From the IMG/VR virus record IMGVR_UViG_3300045972_000139, positions 1-49,761 of that record: a DNA stretch of 49,761 nucleotides; one strand, 5' to 3'. Positions 32,664 to 41,256 of this stretch are shown here, in pieces. The DNA comes from a virus. A program made the position numbers and the translations under genes. Every line of letters starts with the position of its first letter. Position 1 is the stretch's first letter. The notes under the pieces were generated by a model. The model searched no databases, was not told where the DNA came from, and saw only the letters and a program-made list of their open reading frames with translations.

Positions 32664-34068
32664 AGCTACGGACGTGGCACCGCCTACGTCGCCAGCGAAG
32701 ACGCTGACCTACCACGACTTCATAGCCGACAAGGCGCAGTCCGTGGGTAATCACGGGTTCGCCCCCGAGTCACTACCGTCCTATCTCTACGACTTTCAGT
32801 CGGCGCTTGTAGAATGGGCGCTACGCAAGGGCCGCGCGGCTATCTTCGCGGACTGCGGGCTTGGCAAGACCCCGATGCAGCTCGCGTGGGCTGACGCCGT
32901 GGTGCGTCGAGAGAACCGCCCGGTGCTACTCCTGACCCCGCTCGCCGTGTGCGGACAGACGATTCGCGAGGGCGAAAAGTTCGGAGTGGACTGCAAGCGA
33001 CCAGACGGCACGGCGCTCGCTCCGCGCGTATACGTGACGAACTACGAGAGACTGCACCACTTCGACTCGGCGGACTTCGCCGCCGTCGTTTGCGACGAGT
33101 CGAGCATCCTCAAGAGCTTCGACGGCGTGACCCGCAGCGCGGTTACGGCGTTCATGCGCAAGCTCCCGTACCGGCTCCTATGCACGGCGACCGCCGCGCC
33201 GAACGACACCGTCGAACTTGGCACGTCCTCCGAGGCGCTTGGGTACCTCGGGCACATGGACATGATCGGGCGTTTCTTCGTCAACGACAAGAAGAACTGC
33301 GGTCTAGGCCGTCACTCCGGTAACGCCCCCGAGTGGCGCTTCCGTGGTCATGCGGAGCACCCGTTCTGGAGGTGGACGTGCTCCTGGGCGAGGTCGATAC
33401 GAAAGCCGTCTGACCTCGGATTCGACGACGCGCGGTTCACTCTCCCCGAACTCGTCGAGCGCGAGCATCTCGTGTCGGCCGAGAAGCCACGCGACGGGTT
33501 CCTGTTCTCCGTCCCCGCCGTGGGACTGCGCGAAGAGCGCGAAGAACGGAGGCGCACCCTGAGGGAGCGCTGCGAGACCGCGGCGAAGCTCGTGGTCGAT
33601 ACCGGTCAGCCTGCCGTGATGTGGTGCCACCTCAACGACGAGGGGAACCTGATCACATCGCTCGTTCCGGGCGCCGTGCAGGTGAGCGGTACGGACTCCG
33701 ACGAGGACAAGGAGTCCAAGTTCGCAGACTTCGCCGCGGGCAAGATTCGCGTCCTCGTGACCAAGCCCATCATCGGAGCGTGGGGACTGAACTGGCAACA
33801 CTGCGCGCACATGACGACGTTCGCCTCGCACTCGTTCGAGCAGCACTATCAGACCGTTCGCCGCTTCTGGCGTTTCGGTCAGACGCGACCCGTGACGGTC
33901 GACCACGTCATCTCCGAGGGCGAGGCGCGAGTGCTCGCGAACCTGCGTCGAAAGCAGGAGGCGGCGGAGAAGATGTACGAGTCGATCAACGGACACATGA
34001 GAGACGCTCTCGGCATTTCGGGAGCGCGTGAATACACGAAGACAGAAGAGGTGCCGCCGTGGCTGTAA
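32650..34068 (+). CDS. SNF2-related SF2 helicase
   Basis: Motif I ADCGLGKT, motif II VVCDESSILK, and a C-terminal helicase lobe. The start was trimmed to ATG 32650 (MSIRK). Confidence 0.75.
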   Translation: MSIRKATDVAPPTSPAKTLTYHDFIADKAQSVGNHGFAPESLPSYLYDFQSALVEWALRKGRAAIFADCGLGKTPMQLAWADAVVRRENRPVLLLTPLAVCGQTIREGEKFGVDCKRPDGTALAPRVYVTNYERLHHFDSADFAAVVCDESSILKSFDGVTRSAVTAFMRKLPYRLLCTATAAPNDTVELGTSSEALGYLGHMDMIGRFFVNDKKNCGLGRHSGNAPEWRFRGHAEHPFWRWTCSWARSIRKPSDLGFDDARFTLPELVEREHLVSAEKPRDGFLFSVPAVGLREEREERRRTLRERCETAAKLVVDTGQPAVMWCHLNDEGNLITSLVPGAVQVSGTDSDEDKESKFADFAAGKIRVLVTKPIIGAWGLNWQHCAHMTTFASHSFEQHYQTVRRFWRFGQTRPVTVDHVISEGEARVLANLRRKQEAAEKMYESINGHMRDALGISGAREYTKTEEVPPWL

Positions 34069-35111
34069 CTGACCAGACCGTGACCGACAAGTGGGCCGCT
34101 TACAACGGAGACTGCATGGAGGTCGTCCGCGCTTTGCCCTCGGAGAAGATTCACCTGAGCGTGTACTCGCCTCCGTTCGCGGGGCTCTACAACTACAGCT
34201 CGTCCGAGCGCGACTTCTCAAACTGCGCGAGCTACGACGAGTTCTTCGCTCAGTACGGGTATCTCGTCGAGGAACTGGCGCGCGTCACGATGCGCGGGCG
34301 CATGACCGCCGTTCACTGCATGGACGTGCCCACGGGCAACACGGGGCGCGATGGTCTCATCGACTTCCCCGGCGACATCGTCCGACTCCACAAGGTCCAC
34401 GGGTTCGACTACGTGGCACGGTACTGCGTGTGGAAGGAGCCCTACGCCGTGCGCATGCGCACGCTCGCGAAGGGTCTCGCTCACCAGACGGTCGCGGAGG
34501 ACGCCTCGCGTTGCTCCGCGGCGAACGCGGATTACCTCCTCGTCTTCCGTCGCCACGGGGACAACCCCGTGCCGATCGAGCACCCTACGGGGCTACTCGA
34601 CTACGCGGGAGCGCGCCCCGTGCCGAAGGACATCGTCCGCTTCCGCGGGCACACCGGGAAGCAGACGGAGAACCGCTACAGCCAGTGGATTTGGCGTCAG
34701 TACGCGAGCGCGTTCTGGGATGACGTGAGGCTCAACCGCGTCCTGCCGTTCCAGGACTGCAAAGAGGCGGACGACGAGAAGCACGTTCACCCGCTGCAAC
34801 TCGACGTCATAGACCGTGTGGTGGCACTCTGGTCGAACCCCGGCGAAACGGTGTTCACGCCGTTCATGGGCGTGGGGTCCGAGGTCTACTCGGCGGTGCG
34901 TGCGGGGCGTCGTGGCATCGGCGCGGAGCTGAAGACGAGCTATTACCGACAGGCTATCGCGAACCTCCGCGCGGCGGAGACCGAAGGAGGCGTTGAGTCG
35001 TCGCCTCAGGATTCGCTCTTTGAGCCTGAGTTTCTCGAAGGCGAAGCGGAGGGCCGTGGGTCGAACCGTCGTCCCGGCATCAAGGAGTCTGGAGTGCTGA
35101 CGGCGAAATGA
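34059..35111 (+). CDS. Beta-class DNA methyltransferase, motif IV SPPF (predicted N4-cytosine, N6-adenine not excluded)
   Basis: Motif IV VYSPPFAGLYNYS comes before motif I FTPFMGVGSE, which is the beta-class order. Confidence 0.8.
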   Translation: MAVTDQTVTDKWAAYNGDCMEVVRALPSEKIHLSVYSPPFAGLYNYSSSERDFSNCASYDEFFAQYGYLVEELARVTMRGRMTAVHCMDVPTGNTGRDGLIDFPGDIVRLHKVHGFDYVARYCVWKEPYAVRMRTLAKGLAHQTVAEDASRCSAANADYLLVFRRHGDNPVPIEHPTGLLDYAGARPVPKDIVRFRGHTGKQTENRYSQWIWRQYASAFWDDVRLNRVLPFQDCKEADDEKHVHPLQLDVIDRVVALWSNPGETVFTPFMGVGSEVYSAVRAGRRGIGAELKTSYYRQAIANLRAAETEGGVESSPQDSLFEPEFLEGEAEGRGSNRRPGIKESGVLTAK

Positions 35112-35272
35112 CTATCCCGCCCCGCTACTGGGCGCTGTCCTTGCGTCCCTCCTACCGCGGAGCATCGCAGGAAGCCTTGGACAGCCTCCTGGCGGAGTGT
35201 CGCGCGGAGGTAGAGGCCAGCCGGCCCATAGACACGGAGGGCTCGCACGAGCCGGGGGATGCGTACCGGTGA
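35108..35272 (+). CDS. Small ORF (54 aa), below the track size cut-off
   Basis: ATGA overlap with the MTase stop and GTGA overlap with the helicase start. Confidence 0.4.
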   Translation: MTIPPRYWALSLRPSYRGASQEALDSLLAECRAEVEASRPIDTEGSHEPGDAYR

Positions 35273-36882
35273 GCGCCACTCTCTCCATGTTCGATCGCCC
35301 CGCGCTCGCGACGCTGCGGCCCTACCAGGTCAACGCCATCGCCGCGCTTCGCGCGCACGCGAACGCGGGGCGTACGCGGCTCCTGCTGACCGTGCCCACG
35401 GGCGGAGGCAAGACGTTGACCGCGGCCGACATCATGCGCTCCGCGCTGTCGTACGGGCACCGCGTTCTGTTCGTGGTTCACCTGCGCGAGCTCGTGGACC
35501 AGACCGTGCGCGCGCTGGCGCGGTGCGGCATCACCCACGTCGGCGTGATGCGCGGCGACGATGACCGCGTCGACGAATCCGCACCCGTTCAGGTCGCGAG
35601 CATTCAGACACTCGCACGACGCAAGCGCCCGGATGCGCAGGTCGTCATTCTTGACGAGGCGCACCGCTCGCTCGCGGACACGTACGCCGCGCACATCTGG
35701 GACGCGTACCCGGATGCGGTCGTCATCGGCCTGACCGCTACGCCGTGTCGTGGCGACGGGCGGCCGCTGGGAGATCGCTACCAGGAGCTCGTGGTCGGCG
35801 CGACGTACTCCGAGCTCATTGCGGGCGGCTTCGTGGCGGAGCCCATCGTGTACGCGCCGCGCATCGAACTTGACACGTCATCGCTCCGTCGCGTCGCGGG
35901 CGACTGGGACGCCGAGCAAGTCGAGGAGATGATGTCTGGGCTCGCGGGGGAGATCGTTCCCACGTGGCAGGCGCACGCGGGCGGGCGCTCGACCATCGTG
36001 TTCGCGTCGGGCATCCGGCACTCGCGCGACATCGTGCGGCGGTTCCTCGAGGCCGGGGTCACCGCGGAGCACCTGGACGGAGAGACGCCGGGAGACGAGC
36101 GCGCGGCGATTCTGGAGCGGCTCGCGAGCGGTGAGACGACCGTGGTATCCAACTGCGCGGTACTCACCGAGGGATTCGACTCGCCGGGCGTACGATGCGC
36201 CGTCATCGCGCGGCCGACGCTCTCGCTGGTGCTGCACATGCAGACCGCGGGGCGCGCGCTGAGGCCTGGCCCCGTGCAGCCGGTCATCATCGACCACGCG
36301 GGCAACGTGGGGCGGCACGGCATGCCGCACGAAGATCGCGTGTGGAGCATCCACGGCCCGGCGAAGCGCGTTGCCGCGAAGTCGCTCTATCGCACGTGTG
36401 CGCAGTGCTTCGCGTACTACGCCGTCTCCGCGTCGGCGTGTCCGCACTGCGGGTTCGCGCCGCCCGTGAAAGAGCGCGAGTTGCCCGTCGAAGCGCCCGC
36501 CGTTGTCGAGCGCGTCACGACCGATCTGATCGAGCGGAACTTCTACGTCTCCGCGGTGAACCTCGCGCGCTCGCGCGGACTCAAGCCCGGCATGGCGGGG
36601 TTCAAGTTTAAGGAGAAATTCGGACGGTGGCCGCCGTGGTCATGGTCGCAAGAGACCAAGGCGCAGTTCGCGAGCGACTCCGAGTGGCAGCGCAAGCTGG
36701 AACATCGCCAGGCGGAGAAAGCGCACTTCGCGGCGCAAGAGGCTGAGGCGCTGGCGAGGCAAGCGGCGGAGCCGGTGGTTGAGGATGCGGGATACACGAC
36801 CGACCCCGTCGATTGGATCCCCGACGACGATATCCCTTTCATCTTTGACGCGACGATCTTCGGAAGGTGGGACAGGCCATGA
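35269..36882 (+). CDS. DEAH-box SF2 helicase with a C-terminal zinc ribbon
   Basis: Motifs VPTGGGKT, ILDEAHR, GLTATP, QTAGRALR and CAQC...CPHC. Confidence 0.8.
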   Translation: MSATLSMFDRPALATLRPYQVNAIAALRAHANAGRTRLLLTVPTGGGKTLTAADIMRSALSYGHRVLFVVHLRELVDQTVRALARCGITHVGVMRGDDDRVDESAPVQVASIQTLARRKRPDAQVVILDEAHRSLADTYAAHIWDAYPDAVVIGLTATPCRGDGRPLGDRYQELVVGATYSELIAGGFVAEPIVYAPRIELDTSSLRRVAGDWDAEQVEEMMSGLAGEIVPTWQAHAGGRSTIVFASGIRHSRDIVRRFLEAGVTAEHLDGETPGDERAAILERLASGETTVVSNCAVLTEGFDSPGVRCAVIARPTLSLVLHMQTAGRALRPGPVQPVIIDHAGNVGRHGMPHEDRVWSIHGPAKRVAAKSLYRTCAQCFAYYAVSASACPHCGFAPPVKERELPVEAPAVVERVTTDLIERNFYVSAVNLARSRGLKPGMAGFKFKEKFGRWPPWSWSQETKAQFASDSEWQRKLEHRQAEKAHFAAQEAEALARQAAEPVVEDAGYTTDPVDWIPDDDIPFIFDATIFGRWDRP

Positions 36883-37295
36883 CTGCTGCGATGTCGGAAC
36901 TGGAACTCATGCGTTTCTTTATGGCGGAGTGCGCGGTTCACCTGCCGAACGTGCGTGTGTTCCGGCGCGACATCATCAACGCCGACGTGCAGAAGAATGG
37001 GCGCCACTTCCACATGCGCGCGGGCATCAAAGGCCAGGCGGATTTGTACGCCTACGTCGACGGCGGGCGCGTCGTGGAGCTCGAAACGAAGGCCGCACGC
37101 GGCACGCTCGCGGACGAGCAAAAGACGTGGCGCGCGTTCTGCATCGAGCGCCGCATCCCGCATCTCGTGCTCCGCGCGAAGCCGAAGGAGTACCCCGCCG
37201 AGACTGTCGAGCGGTGGATCGCGGAACTGCGGGCGGTGGTCGCTCAGACGGCGACGAACACGGCGTGCAAGTGCGCGCTCGGGTTGCCCGCATGA
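36879..37295 (+). CDS. VRR-NUC domain nuclease
   Basis: Motif GQADLYAYVDGGRVVELETK...EQKTW (D...ExK). ATGA overlap. Confidence 0.75.
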   Translation: MTAAMSELELMRFFMAECAVHLPNVRVFRRDIINADVQKNGRHFHMRAGIKGQADLYAYVDGGRVVELETKAARGTLADEQKTWRAFCIERRIPHLVLRAKPKEYPAETVERWIAELRAVVAQTATNTACKCALGLPA

Positions 37296-37320
37296 GCGCT
37301 CTTTTCCAGAGGACCAACCC

Positions 37321-39492
37321 ATGAGCGCGTCGCCTTCCTTCACCCCCACCGTCGAGATTGCATGTGCTATCGCGCGCGCGGGGATGCGCGTCGTGCTCAT
37401 TCACGGCGTCGACGCGTCCGGCGCATGCACGTGCGGGCGCGGCGACGGCTGCCCCGAGCGCACGCGTGGGAAGCATCCCATCTTGCGCGAGTGGACCAAG
37501 AGCGCCACCGATGACGAACAGGCGCTCCGCGACCAGTTCGCGCGTCTGCGGTTCGACCCTAACCTCGGCATCGCCCTCGGTGTGCAGTCCAGCGGGCTGT
37601 ACCTCGTCAGCATCGACGACGACGACGCCGCGCGCATGGCGGAGCTCGAAGAGCAGTACGGCGAGCTTCCGCACACGCGCAGCGGGCAGAGCCCACGCGG
37701 GGCGCATCTCGTGTTCGCGCTCGCGAGCGATACGCCGCTCGACCGCATCAAGAACATCACCGGCATCGGCGGCAGCCCCGGTGTCGACATGAAGGCGGCG
37801 GGCGGTCAGGTGGTCATCATCGGACGCAACGCGGGCGGCGAATACAGCGGCTTCGACGTGTCCGTCGCCGTGGCGGAGCTGCCCGCGGCGTGGACGCTGG
37901 CGATACTCGCGCCGATCAAGCTCCCGAAGTCAGCCGGCACCTACACGCCATCGACGCTCAGGGAGGATGCCAAGGCGAAGCGGAGGCACGAGGTCTACCT
38001 CGACTCTGCCATCGCGAGCGAGTGCCGTATGGTATCGAGGACGGGCGAAGGGCAGCGGAACACCGCCGTTCACACCGCCGCGTGTCGGCTCATCCCGCTC
38101 GCGTCGGGGCTGCACCTGCCCCGCGGCGTGGCTCACGTGCGTGAAGAGGTCGTGTCCGCGGGCGTCGCGTCGGGGCTCTCCGAGTCCGAGGCGCGTGCGA
38201 CCGTGGCGAGCGCGGAGCGATGGGCGACGGAGCAGGGTCTCGTCCGCGTGCCTCGGGAGGTCGATGCGGAGGCTCCGCCGTCGCGACATCTCACCGTAGT
38301 ACGTGACGACACCCCCGAGTCGACCCCCCCCGTCGAGCTCATCGAGGATAACGGGCAGCCGGCGAAGGTCGCCGAGAACGGAGTACGCATGCTTGCGATT
38401 CATGGTCGTGGCAGGCCTCGGCTGAACCTGTTGACGAACCGCGTCGAGTGGCCCGATGGCTCGCGTGTGTCCGACGCTGACGAGATCCGGATTCAAGGCT
38501 GGCTCGTAGCCCAGCCGTCGAGCCACCGCGTGCGCATCGGCATCGAGGCTGTCCACGCCGCCGTCCTAGCCTACGCGGAAGCCAACCCGTTTCACCCCGT
38601 GCGCGACTATCTAGGGGGGCTCGTATGGGACGGCGTGGCGCGTCTCGAGACGTTCGCTCGCGACTGCCTCGGTGCCGCCGACTCCGAGCTCGTGCGCGGG
38701 TACATGCGGTGCTTCATGATCGGGGCCGTCGCGCGAGCGATGGTTCCGGGGTGTCAGTTCGACACCGTGCTCGTCCTCGAGGGCCCGCAGGGGGCGCGAA
38801 AGACGAGCGCGTTGCGGGCGCTCTTTGGGGCGCAGTGGTTCGGTAACACGCCGATCAACGTCAAGAAGTCCCCCGACTGCTACCAGGCGCTCGACGGATT
38901 CTGGGGCTATGAGTTCGGGGAGGTCGACGCGTTTTCCAAGACCGAGGCCGGCGCGGTCAAGGGGTTCATCTCGATCCGCGAGGACACGTACCGACCGAGC
39001 TACGGGCGCAACACCGTAGTTCGCCCGCGTCAGGTGGCGTTCTGCGCGACGACCAACGCAGACACGTACCTCTCAGATGAGAGCGGCGCGCGGCGCTTCC
39101 AGCCCGTCCTCTGCGGCACGGTCGACCTTGCGCGCATCGGGGCCGACCGTGACCAGCTTTGGGCGGAGGCTGTCCACCGGTACGCCGCAGGCGAGCCGTG
39201 GCACCTCGGAGACGCCCTCGCCGAGCTCGCCGCCGACGACGTGGACGGCCGATACCAGGGCGACTCATGGGAGGCTCTGCTCCCTTCCCTGCTCTCCGAC
39301 CACGCATCGGTCACCTCCGCCGCCGCCCTACTCCTGATCGGCGTCGAGCCCGGTCGGCAAGGCCGCGGGGATGAGATGCGTGTAGGTGCCGCACTGCGTC
39401 GGATGGGTTGGAAGCGTCGCCGGTTCGAGCGCGGAGGCGTTCGGTCCTACGAATACGTCCGAAGCCCTACCCAAGGTAGGCCAATGCGATGA
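37321..39492 (+). CDS. Bifunctional primase-polymerase (PrimPol) fused to a VirE/D5-like P-loop NTPase
   Basis: Motifs VSIDDDD and RGAHLVF in the N-terminal half, and LEGPQGARKTS in the C-terminal half. AGAGGA RBS. The Arg-rich first 122 codons of the track ORF were discarded. Confidence 0.75.
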   Translation: MSASPSFTPTVEIACAIARAGMRVVLIHGVDASGACTCGRGDGCPERTRGKHPILREWTKSATDDEQALRDQFARLRFDPNLGIALGVQSSGLYLVSIDDDDAARMAELEEQYGELPHTRSGQSPRGAHLVFALASDTPLDRIKNITGIGGSPGVDMKAAGGQVVIIGRNAGGEYSGFDVSVAVAELPAAWTLAILAPIKLPKSAGTYTPSTLREDAKAKRRHEVYLDSAIASECRMVSRTGEGQRNTAVHTAACRLIPLASGLHLPRGVAHVREEVVSAGVASGLSESEARATVASAERWATEQGLVRVPREVDAEAPPSRHLTVVRDDTPESTPPVELIEDNGQPAKVAENGVRMLAIHGRGRPRLNLLTNRVEWPDGSRVSDADEIRIQGWLVAQPSSHRVRIGIEAVHAAVLAYAEANPFHPVRDYLGGLVWDGVARLETFARDCLGAADSELVRGYMRCFMIGAVARAMVPGCQFDTVLVLEGPQGARKTSALRALFGAQWFGNTPINVKKSPDCYQALDGFWGYEFGEVDAFSKTEAGAVKGFISIREDTYRPSYGRNTVVRPRQVAFCATTNADTYLSDESGARRFQPVLCGTVDLARIGADRDQLWAEAVHRYAAGEPWHLGDALAELAADDVDGRYQGDSWEALLPSLLSDHASVTSAAALLLIGVEPGRQGRGDEMRVGAALRRMGWKRRRFERGGVRSYEYVRSPTQGRPMR

Positions 39493-39818
39493 GGTGGGGT
39501 TGCCGAATTCTTCAATCATTACCACGCGGTGACTCTTCCCCCTTACCTACCCTACCTATTATTAGGAGGGAATACAGAGAGAGAAGAGAGAGCACGGAGG
39601 CGAGCGCGAGGCGCGTGCCCGCGTCGTGTGCGTGGGCGCGCGAGGCCCGCGTAGGAAGTTTGGGGAGTGGTAGGGAGGTGGGACGGTGGGGTAGCGCACA
39701 TAGTGCGATAGTCGTGGTATGGCCCCCTAACCGAACATCCGTCCAGTGTCGGAACTATTTTCAAGAATCGACCGCAAGGCACTTGCGCTGGGGCCCCAGC
39801 AGGTTCATCTTACTTCTC
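39493..39818. other. 326-bp non-coding region with skewed composition: pyrimidine tract, (GA)n mirror repeat, G-quadruplex motif and palindromes. Candidate origin, late control region or ncRNA.
   Basis: No protein-like ORF. See the finding for element coordinates. Confidence 0.5.
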
Positions 39819-39980
39819 ATGAAGACCGCAACGAAGTCCCTGGGCGAGACCTACACCGCGGCCGTTTCTGCCGCGATGGCTGCGGAGAACGCGGGGCTCT
39901 CGGCTTCGACGCAGAACCGCAAGTGGCGGGCGGTCTTCGTGGCGCAGGACGCGCTCAAGGCCGCGGGGCAGTGGTCGTGA
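39819..39980 (+). CDS. Small hypothetical protein (53 aa)
   Basis: An ATG in ORF 39489..39980. No obvious SD. Confidence 0.45.
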   Translation: MKTATKSLGETYTAAVSAAMAAENAGLSASTQNRKWRAVFVAQDALKAAGQWS

Positions 39981-40162
39981 GGGCGGCGGCCCGACTCCAG
40001 GCGGCGGCGGGCCGCCTGGCCACCGTCCGCGCGACGCTGGACGCTGTCAGGGATGCGCTCCCCGCGGGTGAGCGCGACCTCATCACGGAGGCGATACTCG
40101 CCGTCATCCGGGCCGAGGCCCGGACCACTAAGGCCGCCGACGCGCTCGGAGGTGCCGCGTGA
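39977..40162 (+). CDS. Small hypothetical protein (61 aa)
   Basis: GTG in a GTGA overlap. Confidence 0.5.
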   Translation: MRAAARLQAAAGRLATVRATLDAVRDALPAGERDLITEAILAVIRAEARTTKAADALGGAA

Positions 40163-40362
40163 AGCCGCGCAAGGCCTCGGGGAAGAACATCCCCGAGAGT
40201 CAACGGTCGACCGTGGCCGTCAAACTGCGCCTCCCGCCGGAGGTAGCGGAGGCGCTCGACGAACTCGCGGACCGCCTAGGGCTTACGCGGGCGGGCACGG
40301 TATCGATGCTGCTCGACGCCTACGTCGATGGCGGGCCGGAGATGCCCCTAGACGCGCCCTAG
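40159..40362 (+). CDS. Ribbon-helix-helix (CopG/Arc-like) DNA-binding protein
   Basis: STVAVKLRLPPEVAEALDELADRLGLTRAGTVSMLL fits a beta-strand / helix / helix pattern. Confidence 0.6.
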   Translation: MKPRKASGKNIPESQRSTVAVKLRLPPEVAEALDELADRLGLTRAGTVSMLLDAYVDGGPEMPLDAP

Positions 40363-40379
40363 ACCGACGGCGCCACGAT

Positions 40380-40428
40380 GTGTCGCACCCGCGTCGCGGG
40401 TGGCTTCGGGCGGGCAACGCGGCGACAC
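40380..40428. terminator. Nested GC-rich hairpins between convergent genes (possible bidirectional terminator)
   Basis: Outer stem GTGTCGC/GCGACAC and inner CACCCGCG-T-CGCGGGTG. No clear U-tract. Confidence 0.35.
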
Positions 40429-40434
40429 ACGGGG

Positions 40435-40665
40435 CTAGCGCACCACCGTGCATCGCACCGGGTACGGGTAACGCCCCTGGCTCACCCCGGCGGCGACTTG
40501 GACAGGACTGGGTAGCGAGTCGTCGGCGGTGTACTTGCGGCCGTCTGCTTCGACGTTGACGCAGAACGCCGGATCATCGGCCGAGCCAACGACATCGGGC
40601 CACGCGGGGTCAACGGGCGTGGCGCACGCGCTGGAGACCAGCAAGCAGGCAAGGCCGAGACGCAT
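40435..40665 (-). CDS. Small secreted / lipoprotein-like protein, reverse-oriented moron
   Basis: Signal-like N-terminus MRLGLACLLVSSAC with a weak lipobox. It is the only minus-strand gene in this plus-strand block. Confidence 0.55.
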   Translation of the reverse strand: MRLGLACLLVSSACATPVDPAWPDVVGSADDPAFCVNVEADGRKYTADDSLPSPVQVAAGVSQGRYPYPVRCTVVR

Positions 40666-40702
40666 CCTCCGAGCGTCCCACGCTCATCCGCGTCTCGCAA
40701 CG

Positions 40703-40747
40703 TGTGCCACTTGACACCTTGGGCACCGAATGGCACAAGTGTGGCAC
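40703..40747 (+). promoter_or_regulatory. Phased GGCAC/GTGCC repeats upstream of the TerS-like gene
   Basis: GTGCCAC (40703-09), TTGACA (40711-16), GGGCAC (40721-26), TGGCAC (40731-36), GTGGCAC (40741-47). Spacing is about 10-11 bp. Confidence 0.4.
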
Positions 40748-40752
40748 AACTA

Positions 40753-41256
40753 ATGCCCAAGGCCGCACCTGAACAAGCGTCCGACAAGCCCGCCGAGAGG
40801 ACGCCGAAGCTCCACCAGGCTACGGCTGACCGCGTCGAGGCTATCGCCCAGACGATGCGCGACGGCACGTTCCGGCACGGAGTGACACTCCCGGCGTTTC
40901 GGGCGAAGTGGGGGCTCTGTCAGCAGCGCGTAGGCGAGCTCTCGACGCTCGCAGCGAAGAAGGTCCGCGCGGAGCACGACCCCGACATCGTCGCGGCCAA
41001 AGGGTTCAGCGCGCTCGAGCGCATCGCCGACAATGCGATGGCTGACGACGACATCGAGAGCCGCAAGCTGGCGCTCAAAGCCTACGACACTTGGCTCGTG
41101 CGATCGGGTGCAGCCGCGCCGACGAAGGCGACCGTGGCCGTCACGGGCGACCTCTCGCAGCTCACTGACGAGCAGCTCGAAGCGCGCAAGGCCGAAGTGC
41201 TCGCGCGTCTCGCAGTGGCGTCGGCGTCGAAGGACGCGAAGGACGGGGACGAGTGA
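40753..41256 (+). CDS. Putative small terminase subunit / DNA-binding protein
   Basis: 167 aa with a helical N-terminal region and a coiled-coil C-terminus, at the start of the late block. The assignment rests on position and shape only. Confidence 0.4.
   Translation: MPKAAPEQASDKPAERTPKLHQATADRVEAIAQTMRDGTFRHGVTLPAFRAKWGLCQQRVGELSTLAAKKVRAEHDPDIVAAKGFSALERIADNAMADDDIESRKLALKAYDTWLVRSGAAAPTKATVAVTGDLSQLTDEQLEARKAEVLARLAVASASKDAKDGDE

Noticed and set aside
40731-40746. Sigma-54 promoter, TGGCAC-N5-TGGCA, with GG and GC 12 nt apart
   Set aside because: The match to TGGCACG-N4-TTGCW is decent. But the predicted start site (~40757) falls after the only plausible start codon of the downstream gene (40753), and no enhancer-binding protein is encoded. 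The element is better described as part of a repeat array.
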